DNA of 62,923 bases, filler included, from Candidatus Fermentibacterota bacterium (GCA_016928395.1; 5 parts of 5 records of this genome joined end to end with filler, not necessarily neighbours in it); one strand, 5' to 3'. Counted from the first letter of the whole stretch, positions 18,566-27,893 are shown. A program made the numbers and translations. The notes: generated by a model not told the origin, from the letters alone.

Positions 18566-19732
18566 TCAACCCCTATCACGGCCGAGAGCTTCGGCCATCT
18601 TGCCGGGGCGCCGCGGTATCACGAAGCTGAACACGGTACCACGATCAGGACGGCTAGTGACGCGGACGCTCCCTCCGTGAAGTTCCACGAAGTGCTTCAC
18701 GATGGAAAGACCGATGCCCAGGCCTCCATGTTGCCTCCGATCCGAGCTATCCTCCTGCCGGAAAGCCAGAAACAGGTCGCGCAGCTTCTCCTGGGAGAGG
18801 CCCTTGCCCGCATCCGCAACGCTGAAGAGCACCGCTTTGCCCGCATCGCTGATCTCTAAGTCAATAACCCCGCCGGGGGGGCTAAACTTGACCGCATTGG
18901 ACAGTAGATTCTGAAGGGCCTTGCTCAGTTTGGCGCTATCACCGGTAAGCAGACCAGCGCGAGAATCGATGTTGACGCTCACGGCGAAACCGCGGGTGCG
19001 CGCGTCGCGAAGCAGATCATTCACCTTGCCTTGCAGCACATGGTCGGCCGGGAACATCGAGAGCTCCAGGGGCAGCGCACCGGCCTCGGCCTTGGAGAGC
19101 ATCATCAAGTCTTCGATAAGCGCTTTGAGTTGGTTGGAGCTGCGTACGATGTTCCTTGCGAACTCAGCGGTCTTCTCCGGATCGAGACCTCCCGCGGCCA
19201 GGAGTTCAGAATAGCCGATGACCTCGGTGAGGGGGGTACGCAGTTCATGGCTGATGAGTGAGAGAAACTCCGACTTCAATCTGATGGCTTCCTCACTGGA
19301 GCCTCGCAGCGTCTTCACGGCGTCCCTCATCTCCGCCAACTGGACATGCATATCATGGAGATCAACGGCGTGTTCAATGATCGAGGCAAGCTCAAGACGC
19401 CGCAGAGGCCGCTGCAGCACCAGAAAACGGTGGGAACCAAGATCTAGTGCAGCCAAATCGTCCTCCAGCGAGGAGGCTACCACGATCATCAGGGTGTGCG
19501 GGCTCATGGACGCCAGGAGATCCTTCACCTCGACGCAGTGCCCGTCTCTCACCCAAATCTCGCTGAGGATCGCGACGGGTTGTATGCTGTTGAGAAGCTC
19601 GCGCAACAGCGCGACCCTGCCGATCGCATGGACCCGATGGCCCCTGAGCACCTCGTGGGTTGTGTCGACATCGGCATCAGGCAGGCCGAGCAGCACGATG
19701 TCCTTTGGTTCGCCGATGATCCGTTCAGTCAT
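18566..19732 (-). CDS. Cytoplasmic sensor histidine kinase with N-terminal pseudo-receiver domain
   Basis: HisKA FLSLISHELRTPL, HATPase NLLSNAVKF, DAGKG, GGLGIGL; no TM segment. Confidence 0.92.
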   Translation of the reverse strand: MTERIIGEPKDIVLLGLPDADVDTTHEVLRGHRVHAIGRVALLRELLNSIQPVAILSEIWVRDGHCVEVKDLLASMSPHTLMIVVASSLEDDLAALDLGSHRFLVLQRPLRRLELASIIEHAVDLHDMHVQLAEMRDAVKTLRGSSEEAIRLKSEFLSLISHELRTPLTEVIGYSELLAAGGLDPEKTAEFARNIVRSSNQLKALIEDLMMLSKAEAGALPLELSMFPADHVLQGKVNDLLRDARTRGFAVSVNIDSRAGLLTGDSAKLSKALQNLLSNAVKFSPPGGVIDLEISDAGKAVLFSVADAGKGLSQEKLRDLFLAFRQEDSSDRRQHGGLGIGLSIVKHFVELHGGSVRVTSRPDRGTVFSFVIPRRPGKMAEALGRDRG

Positions 19733-20642
19733 GACAGTCTCCGTCGATGCCCGGCCATCGCCGGCCCAGCACGCCGAGGCCGCGCCTCATCACGTTCCAT
19801 CCTGCACCGCATCCCTCCGCCTGTTCGTCCGGTGGGAGGAATCCGAGGAAAACCAATCCCGCCTCGCCTTCGATCCAGATTCGCCCCTCAGGGTCAGGCC
19901 ACACGCGAAGTATGCCGCCCGGCTGTCGTACTCGAGTAACCTCGGATGCAAAGCGGCCTGCCCGCCACGTAGCGGCGGCGGCGGCAGCCGCGCCGCTGCC
20001 GCATGCCCGCGTCCACCCGACGCCCCGCTCCAGAACCTCAAGCTCGATGCTCTCATCCCGCGTGGTGCAGAAGCCCACATTGGCCCCTCCTGCAACTGCG
20101 GAAACAAGCTCCGCAGCCAGCTTCTCCTGTCGTTCTCGGGCTTCGGGGCCATCGAACACGACGATGTGGGGATTGGGCATGAACACCAGTGCCCCGGAGG
20201 CATCCCACGCTCCAAGTATCTCGTCAAGAGCCGGAGATGCCCGAAACCTGGGGATGCCCAGCCCAACCGCGCTCGGGAAGCCAGGGCCAGCTATCTCCAC
20301 AGGAAACACGGCATCGGTGATCCTGAAGCAGATTGACCCCGGCATGAAGAAGCCCAGGTCTCTCCCTCCGACCGCAAGGGCCCGCAGACCGTTGCCGCAG
20401 ACCTCCGCAGTTGACCCGTCCGCATTGAGAAACCAGAGTTCGGGATTGTGAGACGCCCCGTTCCACAGTACGATGCCATCCGCGCCCACGCCCAGTCGGC
20501 GATCGCAGACGCGCGGGGCGCGCCGGCTCATCTCCCGCACCGAGTTCGAAGCGGCGGGGTCAAGTATCCAGATAAGATCGTTGCCCAGCGCCTCTACCTT
20601 GGCAAATGGAGTGAGGCCTGGAGGAAACCGACTACGATCCAT
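19725..20642 (-). CDS. dapF: Diaminopimelate epimerase
   Basis: ALGND, DRRLGVGADG, NADGSTAEVCGNGLR, PNPH, ERGVG.T.ACGSG (both catalytic Cys). Confidence 0.9.
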   Translation of the reverse strand: MDRSRFPPGLTPFAKVEALGNDLIWILDPAASNSVREMSRRAPRVCDRRLGVGADGIVLWNGASHNPELWFLNADGSTAEVCGNGLRALAVGGRDLGFFMPGSICFRITDAVFPVEIAGPGFPSAVGLGIPRFRASPALDEILGAWDASGALVFMPNPHIVVFDGPEARERQEKLAAELVSAVAGGANVGFCTTRDESIELEVLERGVGWTRACGSGAAAAAAATWRAGRFASEVTRVRQPGGILRVWPDPEGRIWIEGEAGLVFLGFLPPDEQAEGCGAGWNVMRRGLGVLGRRWPGIDGDCHD

Positions 20643-20902
20643 AGAATACTCTTGGGGTGAGTCCTTTCCCCCGCACAAACGCACCGCCGACGGCATGCCC
20701 ACGGCACCCGCTGATCCTCTTCGTACGCCGGCTTCTGTGGGGCTTCACCCCCATGGCTGTCCCCTTGACACGCCGAGCCGTATCGCACGATGGTCCTTCG
20801 GAGGCTGGGAGGGTGATTCCGGCGACCAGTCCTCGTCGCTGTGGATAGTGGTGGGGCGCATAGAATCACACATCGCGTCACCTCGGGTTCTCAAACCAGA
20901 CG

Positions 20903-22321
20903 TCATGGTGACCAATGTACGCGATGAACATCCCCGGGGGAAGCATCAAGAAGTGCCGAAAGGCCAGGCACATCCGGACGGCCGCATGCCTCTATCTCTC
21001 CGCACAGCAACCTGACAGCAGCCTCTTGGGAAGCTGTTGTCGCATCCCCGGCCAAGATCAGTGACATGCGTCCCGCCAGACATCGCGCAGCGTTCAAGGC
21101 GCCGCAGGCCAGTATCACAGGGGCTATTCCCCTCGGTTCTTTGGCTTCGTCAGCCGCCGCCAGCACCGCGGCCGTGGCGGATACCCCGGAGACTGCCACA
21201 AGGGGCATGCCTGCCGGATGCAGAGCGTCCCGCTGCCGCAGCGCGGCCTGCAGGGGACGGGCCCACCCACACTCACCGGCCCGATCAGGTACTATGCGCA
21301 AAGATGCCGGAATGCGGGATCCCATCGGCGGCGGCTTGCACCCTACCCAGGCCACCGCGTGTTCCGCGATCTCCCGGGCCAACACCTCCTCACCCATGCC
21401 CTCGCCGATGGTCTCGGAATCCCTGACCGCGACACCCCCAGAGGAGTGCCCAAAGCCCAGATCAGGCCCGATAACAAGATCAGCCCCCGCCTCCAGCGCA
21501 GCCGCGGCAACCGTGGTATCGTTCCCTCCGGCGCCCGCCATCTCCAGGCTGTCGGTCAGGATGATGCCCTCGAAACCCAACTCCTCACGCAGCAGAACCC
21601 GCAGGATGGCGGGGCTCAGCGATGCCGGCCTCCGAGGCCCAGGATCCAGACTCTCGCTCCATAGGTGTCCCACCATGACCGCGCCAACTCCCGCGCCTAT
21701 GGCCTTCTCAAAGGGAATCGCATCACTCCTCATCCACTCATCATAGCCAACCTCGAGATGAGGCAGGTGGTGATGGGAGTCCTCCTGACTTCGCCCGTGA
21801 CCGGGGAAGTGTTTCGCCGCAGCCATAATGCCTTCACCCTGGCACCCTCTCACAAATGCCTCTACCATGGCACTGACCCTGGCGGGAGTCGCGCCAAAAC
21901 TCCTCGTGCCGATGACGGAACTTGTGCCCGAGAACAGCAGATCCGCCACCGGCGCGAGAATCATGTCCAGTCCGAGAGCCTTGGCGTGCCCGGCAATGGT
22001 CTCTCCCATCAGCCGCGCACAACCAGGAGACCCCGTCGCTCCGACGGTGAAGGCCTTGGGAAGCCACCGGTAGCCTGCCACCTGGCTTGCGGCCCCTTGC
22101 TCGAAGTCCGCCATGAGCAGTGGCCGGGGGTGGCACATGGTTCGGGCCTCGTCGGCCACTCGCCGCCACTCATCAGCCCGACCGCGCCGCAGGAGTACGC
22201 CTCCGAGCCCGTGGGCACGGGCTATGCCGAGTATGTTCTGCCAGACTGCCTGCCAGTCCGGCACGGACAGGTCAAGTACAGGCACCAGATGTCGGTACAG
22301 TGAATCTGGAACCTGCCTCAT
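20903..22321 (-). CDS. nagZ: GH3 beta-N-acetylhexosaminidase (NagZ-like)
   Basis: ADFEQG, APVAD, RSFG, KHFPGHG..EDSH, MVGH, LREELGFEGIILTDSLEM; ATGA overlap with ldcA. Confidence 0.85.
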   Translation of the reverse strand: MRQVPDSLYRHLVPVLDLSVPDWQAVWQNILGIARAHGLGGVLLRRGRADEWRRVADEARTMCHPRPLLMADFEQGAASQVAGYRWLPKAFTVGATGSPGCARLMGETIAGHAKALGLDMILAPVADLLFSGTSSVIGTRSFGATPARVSAMVEAFVRGCQGEGIMAAAKHFPGHGRSQEDSHHHLPHLEVGYDEWMRSDAIPFEKAIGAGVGAVMVGHLWSESLDPGPRRPASLSPAILRVLLREELGFEGIILTDSLEMAGAGGNDTTVAAAALEAGADLVIGPDLGFGHSSGGVAVRDSETIGEGMGEEVLAREIAEHAVAWVGCKPPPMGSRIPASLRIVPDRAGECGWARPLQAALRQRDALHPAGMPLVAVSGVSATAAVLAAADEAKEPRGIAPVILACGALNAARCLAGRMSLILAGDATTASQEAAVRLLCGEIEACGRPDVPGLSALLDASPGDVHRVHWSP

Positions 22322-23262
22322 ACCACGCCTGGCTGGAGTAAGCGCAGCACGTGATTGTCCGCATCGAGCTCGGCACGGCAGCCCTGTGGCCACGTGGCGA
22401 TGTCACGCTGGTGGCCGACTGCAAGACCGTACACGGTGGGGATGCCAAGACTCCCGATTCGTTCGGCAATCACGTCGATTATCTCACGCTCCGATAGTTT
22501 GTAGCACTCATGGAAGCGACCACACGCCACGCCCGCCACATCCTCGAACCGCCCGGAGAGAATGAGCTGTGTCAGCATTCGGTCTACCCGGTAGGGCGCC
22601 TCCCCAACATCCTCCAGAATCACGATTCGCTGTCGTAACTGCAACTCCCACGGCGTACCCATCAGCGACACCAACGTCGCCAGATTGCCGCCAACAAGGG
22701 CGCCTCGGGCACGACCCCCCCGAATGACCACCGGAGCAGGATCGCCGGGAGCATGGGAGATGGTCACGCCCGGCCCACCCTCTCCCACCGCGGCCCAGAA
22801 TCCGGAAGCCGCCCACTGGGTAAGCCTCGCCTGGCGGCCGAAAGCAGGCATGGGACCGGCGAAGGTAACGACATCGCATCGGAGGGCAGCGGCCTGAAAT
22901 GCCGTCACGTCCGACATCCCGACAAAGACCTTGGGGTGCCGTCGCACCAGGCTCCAGTCCACGTGAGGGAGCAACCGTATGGTGCCATAGCCACCCCGGA
23001 TCGAGATCACTCCCTTGACCGACGAGTCGCTGAATGCCCAATGGAGGTCGGAAAGCCGCTCATCGTCGGCTCCCGCCAGAAAGCGAGAGCGCCTCGCCGC
23101 ATGGGGACCAAGTACGGGATCGAGCCCCAGTGCCCTCGTGGCTTCTGCGGCTCTGCGCAACATACCGCGGGACGCAGTCGGGCTGGCAGGACATACGAGA
23201 GCCACCGCGTCACCCGGACGGAGGGCGGGCGGCCTGATCAGGCGCTTAGCTGCGGAGTGCAC
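22318..23262 (-). CDS. ldcA: LD-carboxypeptidase (S66 family, LdcA-like)
   Basis: LAG.D.ER..DL, RGGYG, GMSDVT nucleophile, GGNL, LEDVGE.PYRVDRML, GH; GTG start refined. Confidence 0.9.
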   Translation of the reverse strand: MHSAAKRLIRPPALRPGDAVALVCPASPTASRGMLRRAAEATRALGLDPVLGPHAARRSRFLAGADDERLSDLHWAFSDSSVKGVISIRGGYGTIRLLPHVDWSLVRRHPKVFVGMSDVTAFQAAALRCDVVTFAGPMPAFGRQARLTQWAASGFWAAVGEGGPGVTISHAPGDPAPVVIRGGRARGALVGGNLATLVSLMGTPWELQLRQRIVILEDVGEAPYRVDRMLTQLILSGRFEDVAGVACGRFHECYKLSEREIIDVIAERIGSLGIPTVYGLAVGHQRDIATWPQGCRAELDADNHVLRLLQPGVV

Positions 23263-24331
23263 TCCCTGTCGACGGATCGAAGAGGTGGGCCTTAGAGAGC
23301 AAAAGGGTGACTCGGACGCGCTCCGCCACACGGTAGTGCCCGGCTCCCACTTGACGGGCCGTCATGCGGACGCTGCCCAGATCAAAATGGAGATAGGTCT
23401 CGTGTCCCATGGGTTCTACGACCTCCAGCACCACGTCCAAAGGTGCACCGCCGCCATCTCCGCTGGCGATGTCTTCAGGCCGGATCCCCAGGATTACGGG
23501 AGTGCCGCCAGTCAAGGCAAGACCGTGGGTCAATGATTCGGGCAGCGACGCCTGGAGGCCGGGCGCATCAAAGACCCACGGTGGGCCTGTCAGTGCCCCT
23601 GGGATCAAGTTGATCGCCGGGCTGCCGATGAAACCGGCAACGAAGGTGTTGGCAGGGCGGTCATACAGCTTCAACGGATCGTCGATCTGCTGGATGAACC
23701 CATCCTTGAGCACCACGATTCGATCGCCCATGGTCATCGCCTCGGTCTGATCGTGGGTGACATAGATCATGGTGGCGTTCAGCCTTCGATGGAGGCCGGA
23801 AAGCTCGGCTCGCATCTGAACCCTCAGCTTGGCATCCAGGTTCGACAACGGTTCATCAAACAGGAAGACCTTTGGATGGCGCACAATGGCCCTGCCCACG
23901 GCTACCCGCTGCCTCTGGCCTCCGGAGAGTGCCTTTGGCTTTCGAGAGAGAAACTCGCCGATGCCCAGGATCGCCGCTGCCTCTTTCACGCGGTGATCGA
24001 TCTCGTTCCGCGTGAATTTCCGCATTCGGAGGCCAAACGCCATGTTTTCATAGACCGACATGTGAGGATAGAGGGCATAGTTCTGAAACACCATGGCGAT
24101 GTCTCGGTCTTTCGGCGGCACCTTGTTGACGACCAGATCATCGATGAGGACTCTCCCCTCGGAGATCTCCTCCAGCCCCGCGACCATCCGTAAAAGTGTG
24201 GATTTGCCGCATCCGGAAGGCCCGACAAGAACGACAAACTCCCTGTCGCGCACCTCAAAGCTGGCATCCCGCACGGCCACAACCCCACCCGGGTATCGCT
24301 TCGTTACATTCTCCAGCGTCACCTTCGCCAT
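23246..24331 (-). CDS. Sugar ABC transporter ATP-binding protein (MsmX/MsiK/UgpC family)
   Basis: GPSGCGKST, AMVFQNYALYPHM, LSGGQRQR, DEPLSNLDAKLR, FIGSP and TOBE domain; no permease nearby. Confidence 0.93.
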   Translation of the reverse strand: MAKVTLENVTKRYPGGVVAVRDASFEVRDREFVVLVGPSGCGKSTLLRMVAGLEEISEGRVLIDDLVVNKVPPKDRDIAMVFQNYALYPHMSVYENMAFGLRMRKFTRNEIDHRVKEAAAILGIGEFLSRKPKALSGGQRQRVAVGRAIVRHPKVFLFDEPLSNLDAKLRVQMRAELSGLHRRLNATMIYVTHDQTEAMTMGDRIVVLKDGFIQQIDDPLKLYDRPANTFVAGFIGSPAINLIPGALTGPPWVFDAPGLQASLPESLTHGLALTGGTPVILGIRPEDIASGDGGGAPLDVVLEVVEPMGHETYLHFDLGSVRMTARQVGAGHYRVAERVRVTLLLSKAHLFDPSTGSALRS

Positions 24332-24467
24332 GGATAGAGCTCTCCGGTTGGAGGAGGAGGACTTCGCATGCTGCCGGTAGAGGGCAGTGGGCATGCAGAT
24401 ACGCCAAGAAGGGCGCGGGGTCAAGCCCCAAGAGGGACCGCCCTCGCGCCCGCCTGAGGGGAGGGGA

Positions 24468-25280
24468 TCAGCGAAGCGTCAGTATGATGGTGCGCAGATT
24501 GGTTAACACCAGGAGGACCCCGATAAGGATACCCAACAGCTTGTGGGGGAGCTTCCGGCACAGCCATGCCGCAGTGGGAGCCGCGATGACCCCGCCGACA
24601 AGCATGCATGCCACAATAGTCCAGTCGAAGTTTTCCGGGCCGATGGAAAAGAGGAAGGTCACCGTGATTGCCGTGGTGACGAAGAACTCCGACATATTGA
24701 CTGAACCTACGACCCTGTGAGGCTTCACATTATGTCCCAGAAGCAAGGTCGGCGTTGTGACGGGGCCCCATCCCCCGCCCCCAAAGGCATCGAGGGCCGC
24801 GGCCACGAAACCGACGACTGTGAGCCTCATCCGTGAGAGACCGGCCCCATTGGGCCCGATCTGAGACTTCTCGTCTGCCGAAGGGGTCTCATCCACCTCG
24901 CCGCGGGCCACGAATCGCCAAATGACGATGATGCCCATGACCAGCAGAATACCTGCCACCCACGGTTTCACTATCTTGCCCGGCACGTTGGAAAGGAAGA
25001 GTGCACCGGCCACGCCCCCGAATACTCCGGGAATCACCAGTGCCGTGACCAGTTTCCGGTCAACGTTGCCGAGTCTGTGGTGTGCCACGCCGGACACCAG
25101 GGTCGTCACCGTCTCGGCAGTGTGCACCGAAGCGCTGGCGATGGCGGGGGCAAGGCCTGCAGCCATAAGCAGAGTGGTCGAGAACACGCCGTAACCCATG
25201 CCCAGCGTGCCATCCACGAATTGTGCCACGAAACCGATGAGACCGATGGTCAGCAGGTACGACAGGTGCCGTTCGCTCAT
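24468..25280 (-). CDS. Sulfite exporter TauE/SafE family protein
   Basis: AQFVDGTLGMGYGV, ASASVH, GGGGWGP, VVGSVN.SEFF; AGGAGG RBS before ATG 25280. Confidence 0.9.
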   Translation of the reverse strand: MSERHLSYLLTIGLIGFVAQFVDGTLGMGYGVFSTTLLMAAGLAPAIASASVHTAETVTTLVSGVAHHRLGNVDRKLVTALVIPGVFGGVAGALFLSNVPGKIVKPWVAGILLVMGIIVIWRFVARGEVDETPSADEKSQIGPNGAGLSRMRLTVVGFVAAALDAFGGGGWGPVTTPTLLLGHNVKPHRVVGSVNMSEFFVTTAITVTFLFSIGPENFDWTIVACMLVGGVIAAPTAAWLCRKLPHKLLGILIGVLLVLTNLRTIILTLR

Positions 25281-25335
25281 GAGACCTCCTTTGCGTAACG
25301 GGGAGACCATGCGATATGGAGACGCGAAGCACCTC

Positions 25336-25367
25336 AGTATACATATCCTATCGGAGTTGTCAAGTAT
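25336..25367 (-). promoter_or_regulatory. Sigma70 promoter (TTGACA-16-TATACT) overlapped by an Rrf2 (IscR/CymR)-like site
   Basis: Minus strand reads ATACTTGACAACTCCGATAGGATATGTATACT upstream of the TauE gene. Confidence 0.65.
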
Positions 25368-25428
25368 TAGGCGATTCGGCCACACCAGGTGCGGTCCGAC
25401 CATTCTTATGGCTAGAAGGATCAGGGGA

Positions 25429-25460
25429 AACGCCCCCGCTCCCCCCGGGGAGACGGCGTT
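25429..25460 (-). terminator. Putative intrinsic terminator after phoH
   Basis: Minus strand AACGCCGTCTCCCC-GG-GGGAGCGGGGGCGTTT hairpin followed by a pyrimidine run. Confidence 0.45.
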
Positions 25461-25475
25461 CAGCGTTTGATCACG

Positions 25476-26804
25476 CTACAGCAGGTTGGACGCCAACTCG
25501 GCCAGCTGAGATCGTTCGCCTTTCTCCAGAGTAATATGCGCGTAGACACTTTGGCCCTTCATCTTGTCGATGAGGTAGGTCAACCCATTGCTCCGCGAAT
25601 CCAGGTACGGGGTGTCAATCTGATAAGGATCTCCCGTGAACACGATCTTCGTGCCTTCCCCGGCCCGAGTGATGATCGTCTTCACCTCGTGGGGCGTCAG
25701 GTTCTGGGCTTCATCCACGATGAAGTACACCTTGGAAAGACTCCTCCCCCGTATGTACGCCAACGCCATGATCACCAGTTTCTCATTCTGTACCATCTCA
25801 TTGATCTTCTGGTAGTTGCTGGCGTCTTCCTTGAATTGGCTCTGGATGACGTAGAGGTTGTCCCACAGGGGCTGCATGTACGGGTCGAGCTTGCTCTTGA
25901 TGTCGCCGGGCAAGTAACCGATATCCTTGTTGGACAGAGGAATGACCGGTCGGGCGAGGAGCACCTGACGGTAGTGACTGCGGCGCTCCAGCGAAGCCGC
26001 CAGGGCGAGAAGCGTCTTGCCAGTTCCCGCCTTGCCCGCCAGAGTCACCAGTTGGGCATCACAGTTCAAGAGCGCGTCCAGCGAGAAGGCCTGCTCGGCG
26101 TTCCGTGGAGAGATGCCGTAGGCCGCCATCTTCTCCAGTAGAACCAACTCTCCCCGGGGGGAGTCGTATCGGGCCAGCACGCTCTTGCTGGGGTTGCGGA
26201 GGATGAAGTACTCATTGGGATTGGGCTCGAGGGGGATGCCCGAGTCCTCGAGAGGAATGAATCCCTTTGAGGCGATCGACTGCACCGTGGAGTCCGGCGC
26301 ATCCTCGATACGGTTCCTGCCCGTATAGAGATCGTCGATGCTCTTGATCTTGCCGGTCTCATAGTCCTCGGCGCGGACACCGACACTCTTGGCCTTCATC
26401 CGGAGATTGATGTCCTTGGATACCAAAACCACTCGCTGTACGCCGTGGGAGAGCCCGAGAGTGTGAGCCAGTGCCAGAATCCGGTGATCGGGCTTGTCTT
26501 CCCAGAACAACTCCCGCAGCGCCTGGTCCTTTCGGCTGTCGGCGATCACGACGAGGAATCCTCCGCTGGGAAGCTCGACCCCCTCATTCAGGAGCCGATC
26601 GCCTATCAGCGAATCCAGTTCCCGTACGAACTGGCGTGCATTGAAGTTGATCGTTTCGTTCCCCTTCTTGAACCTGTCAACCTCCTCCAGAAGAGTGAAG
26701 GGAATAACAACGTTGTGTTCCTGGAAGGAGTAGATTGACTGATGATCGTAGAGCACGACATTCGTATCGAGCACGAAGATCTTCTTGCCATTGCTATGGA
26801 GCAT
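25476..26804 (-). CDS. PIN-PhoH (PhoH2) family protein
   Basis: N-terminal PIN domain (VLDTNV, EEVD, D..IL, SKDINLR) plus PhoH ATPase (G.AGTGKT, GYLPG, YIRGRS, DEAQN, GDP.QID). Confidence 0.93.
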   Translation of the reverse strand: MLHSNGKKIFVLDTNVVLYDHQSIYSFQEHNVVIPFTLLEEVDRFKKGNETINFNARQFVRELDSLIGDRLLNEGVELPSGGFLVVIADSRKDQALRELFWEDKPDHRILALAHTLGLSHGVQRVVLVSKDINLRMKAKSVGVRAEDYETGKIKSIDDLYTGRNRIEDAPDSTVQSIASKGFIPLEDSGIPLEPNPNEYFILRNPSKSVLARYDSPRGELVLLEKMAAYGISPRNAEQAFSLDALLNCDAQLVTLAGKAGTGKTLLALAASLERRSHYRQVLLARPVIPLSNKDIGYLPGDIKSKLDPYMQPLWDNLYVIQSQFKEDASNYQKINEMVQNEKLVIMALAYIRGRSLSKVYFIVDEAQNLTPHEVKTIITRAGEGTKIVFTGDPYQIDTPYLDSRSNGLTYLIDKMKGQSVYAHITLEKGERSQLAELASNLL

Positions 26805-26983
26805 AGGGTGGACTCACTGTGGGTGGTCCCGTGTCGAAGCAGGCGGAGTGGCCATGCATACGGGAGGAAGCGACCATGCGACAGGGAGCAAGCGCTGCGT
26901 ACGAGGTGGCGACAGGGATAGAATCCCAGATGATGAGGTAAGGACAGGCCACGACGATGTACCCGAAGCCGCGAGCCAGTCGA

Positions 26984-27433
26984 TCAATATCGCGGTCTCG
27001 CGCACTGCTCCCGATAGAAGGCTTCGGGGCCGATTTCCCCCATCCTCTTGCCGTAGGCACGCCACCGCTCTCCCAGGGAGTCCGGATACTCATTCCGATC
27101 ACAGGGGAACTCGTCGCACTGAAAGCAAAAATCCACGCCCTTGTCCCGGAAACACGTTCTGGCCGAGCAGAAGGGCACGCTCGACCCACCGGCACGGCAG
27201 CCGGTGCATGAGCCGCTCTTCAGAAACTGGAGTACACTCTCGAACTCTGGGTAGTGAGTCAATACCGGCACAAAACCGGCCATACGCGCGGCAACGCTCT
27301 CATAGCCCGCCAATGCGCCATCCAGTTCTGCGGCCAGCCTCCTGACGGCGCCGCCCGCAAAAGCGACACAACGGGTGCAGTCAAGGCCACACGGAGCCAG
27401 ATGGTCAAGAATGTCATCATAGATCTCTGCCAT
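26984..27433 (-). CDS. DUF3795 domain Cys-rich protein
   Basis: APCGLDC..C, C.GCR, C..R.C...KG..FC..C.EFPC pattern. Confidence 0.8.
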   Translation of the reverse strand: MAEIYDDILDHLAPCGLDCTRCVAFAGGAVRRLAAELDGALAGYESVAARMAGFVPVLTHYPEFESVLQFLKSGSCTGCRAGGSSVPFCSARTCFRDKGVDFCFQCDEFPCDRNEYPDSLGERWRAYGKRMGEIGPEAFYREQCARPRY

Positions 27434-27628
27434 GGAGAATCTCCCAACCGTCGATCCGACCCATGGGGTCCCTCACGTCGGTCTTACACCAGGGTCCGAT
27501 TCGCAAAACTGCAGCCGTTCTCCTGCTTGGTACTCGGGTTCATGAGGATGGTCAAGCTCGAAGACCGGCCGGGCGATCGGGCAGCGGGCCAGCGACGAGG
27601 GCAGATATCTGCGGTGATGCCCAACCGA

Positions 27629-27658
27629 TCGAGTGACACACAGTCGAGCGACACACAG
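27629..27658 (+). repeat. 15-bp direct repeat, two copies
   Basis: TCGAGTGACACACAG TCGAGCGACACACAG (14/15 identical). Confidence 0.7.
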
Positions 27659-27709
27659 TGCCGCGGTGCGACGGCGATCGAATGCGACCACAGGTGTGAA
27701 TCCCAGCAC

Positions 27710-27893
27710 CTACGGCTGCGCGAAGTCAAACTCGCCGGCGCGGTTGGAGGAGCACAGCTCAGTGCCCGAGCCGTCCACCGCCATCACCAGGTAGACCCAG
27801 TTATAATCCGGATCGCCCATGCCCGCGGCGCTGCTCCAGCTCGTCGTCCCCGAGGGAAGCACCGCCACCCGGTGCGCATACCCAGGCCCCATC
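27710..27893 (-). CDS. 3' fragment of a probably secreted protein carrying the conserved C-terminal GExDF domain (truncated by contig end)
   Basis: GDPDYNWVYLVMAVDGSGTELCSSNRAGEFDF matches the C-termini of the C25, S8 and VWA proteins. Confidence 0.75.

Noticed and set aside
20840-20848. One-mismatch DnaA box (CTATCCACA, minus strand) upstream of dapF-kinase-REC-DnaA
   Set aside because: A single 8/9 match is expected by chance several times in 63 kb, and the fusion protein has no DNA-binding domain.
20643-20902. Possible small ORF or riboswitch between nagZ and dapF
   Set aside because: Only short ORFs with no motif, and no recognisable RNA consensus.
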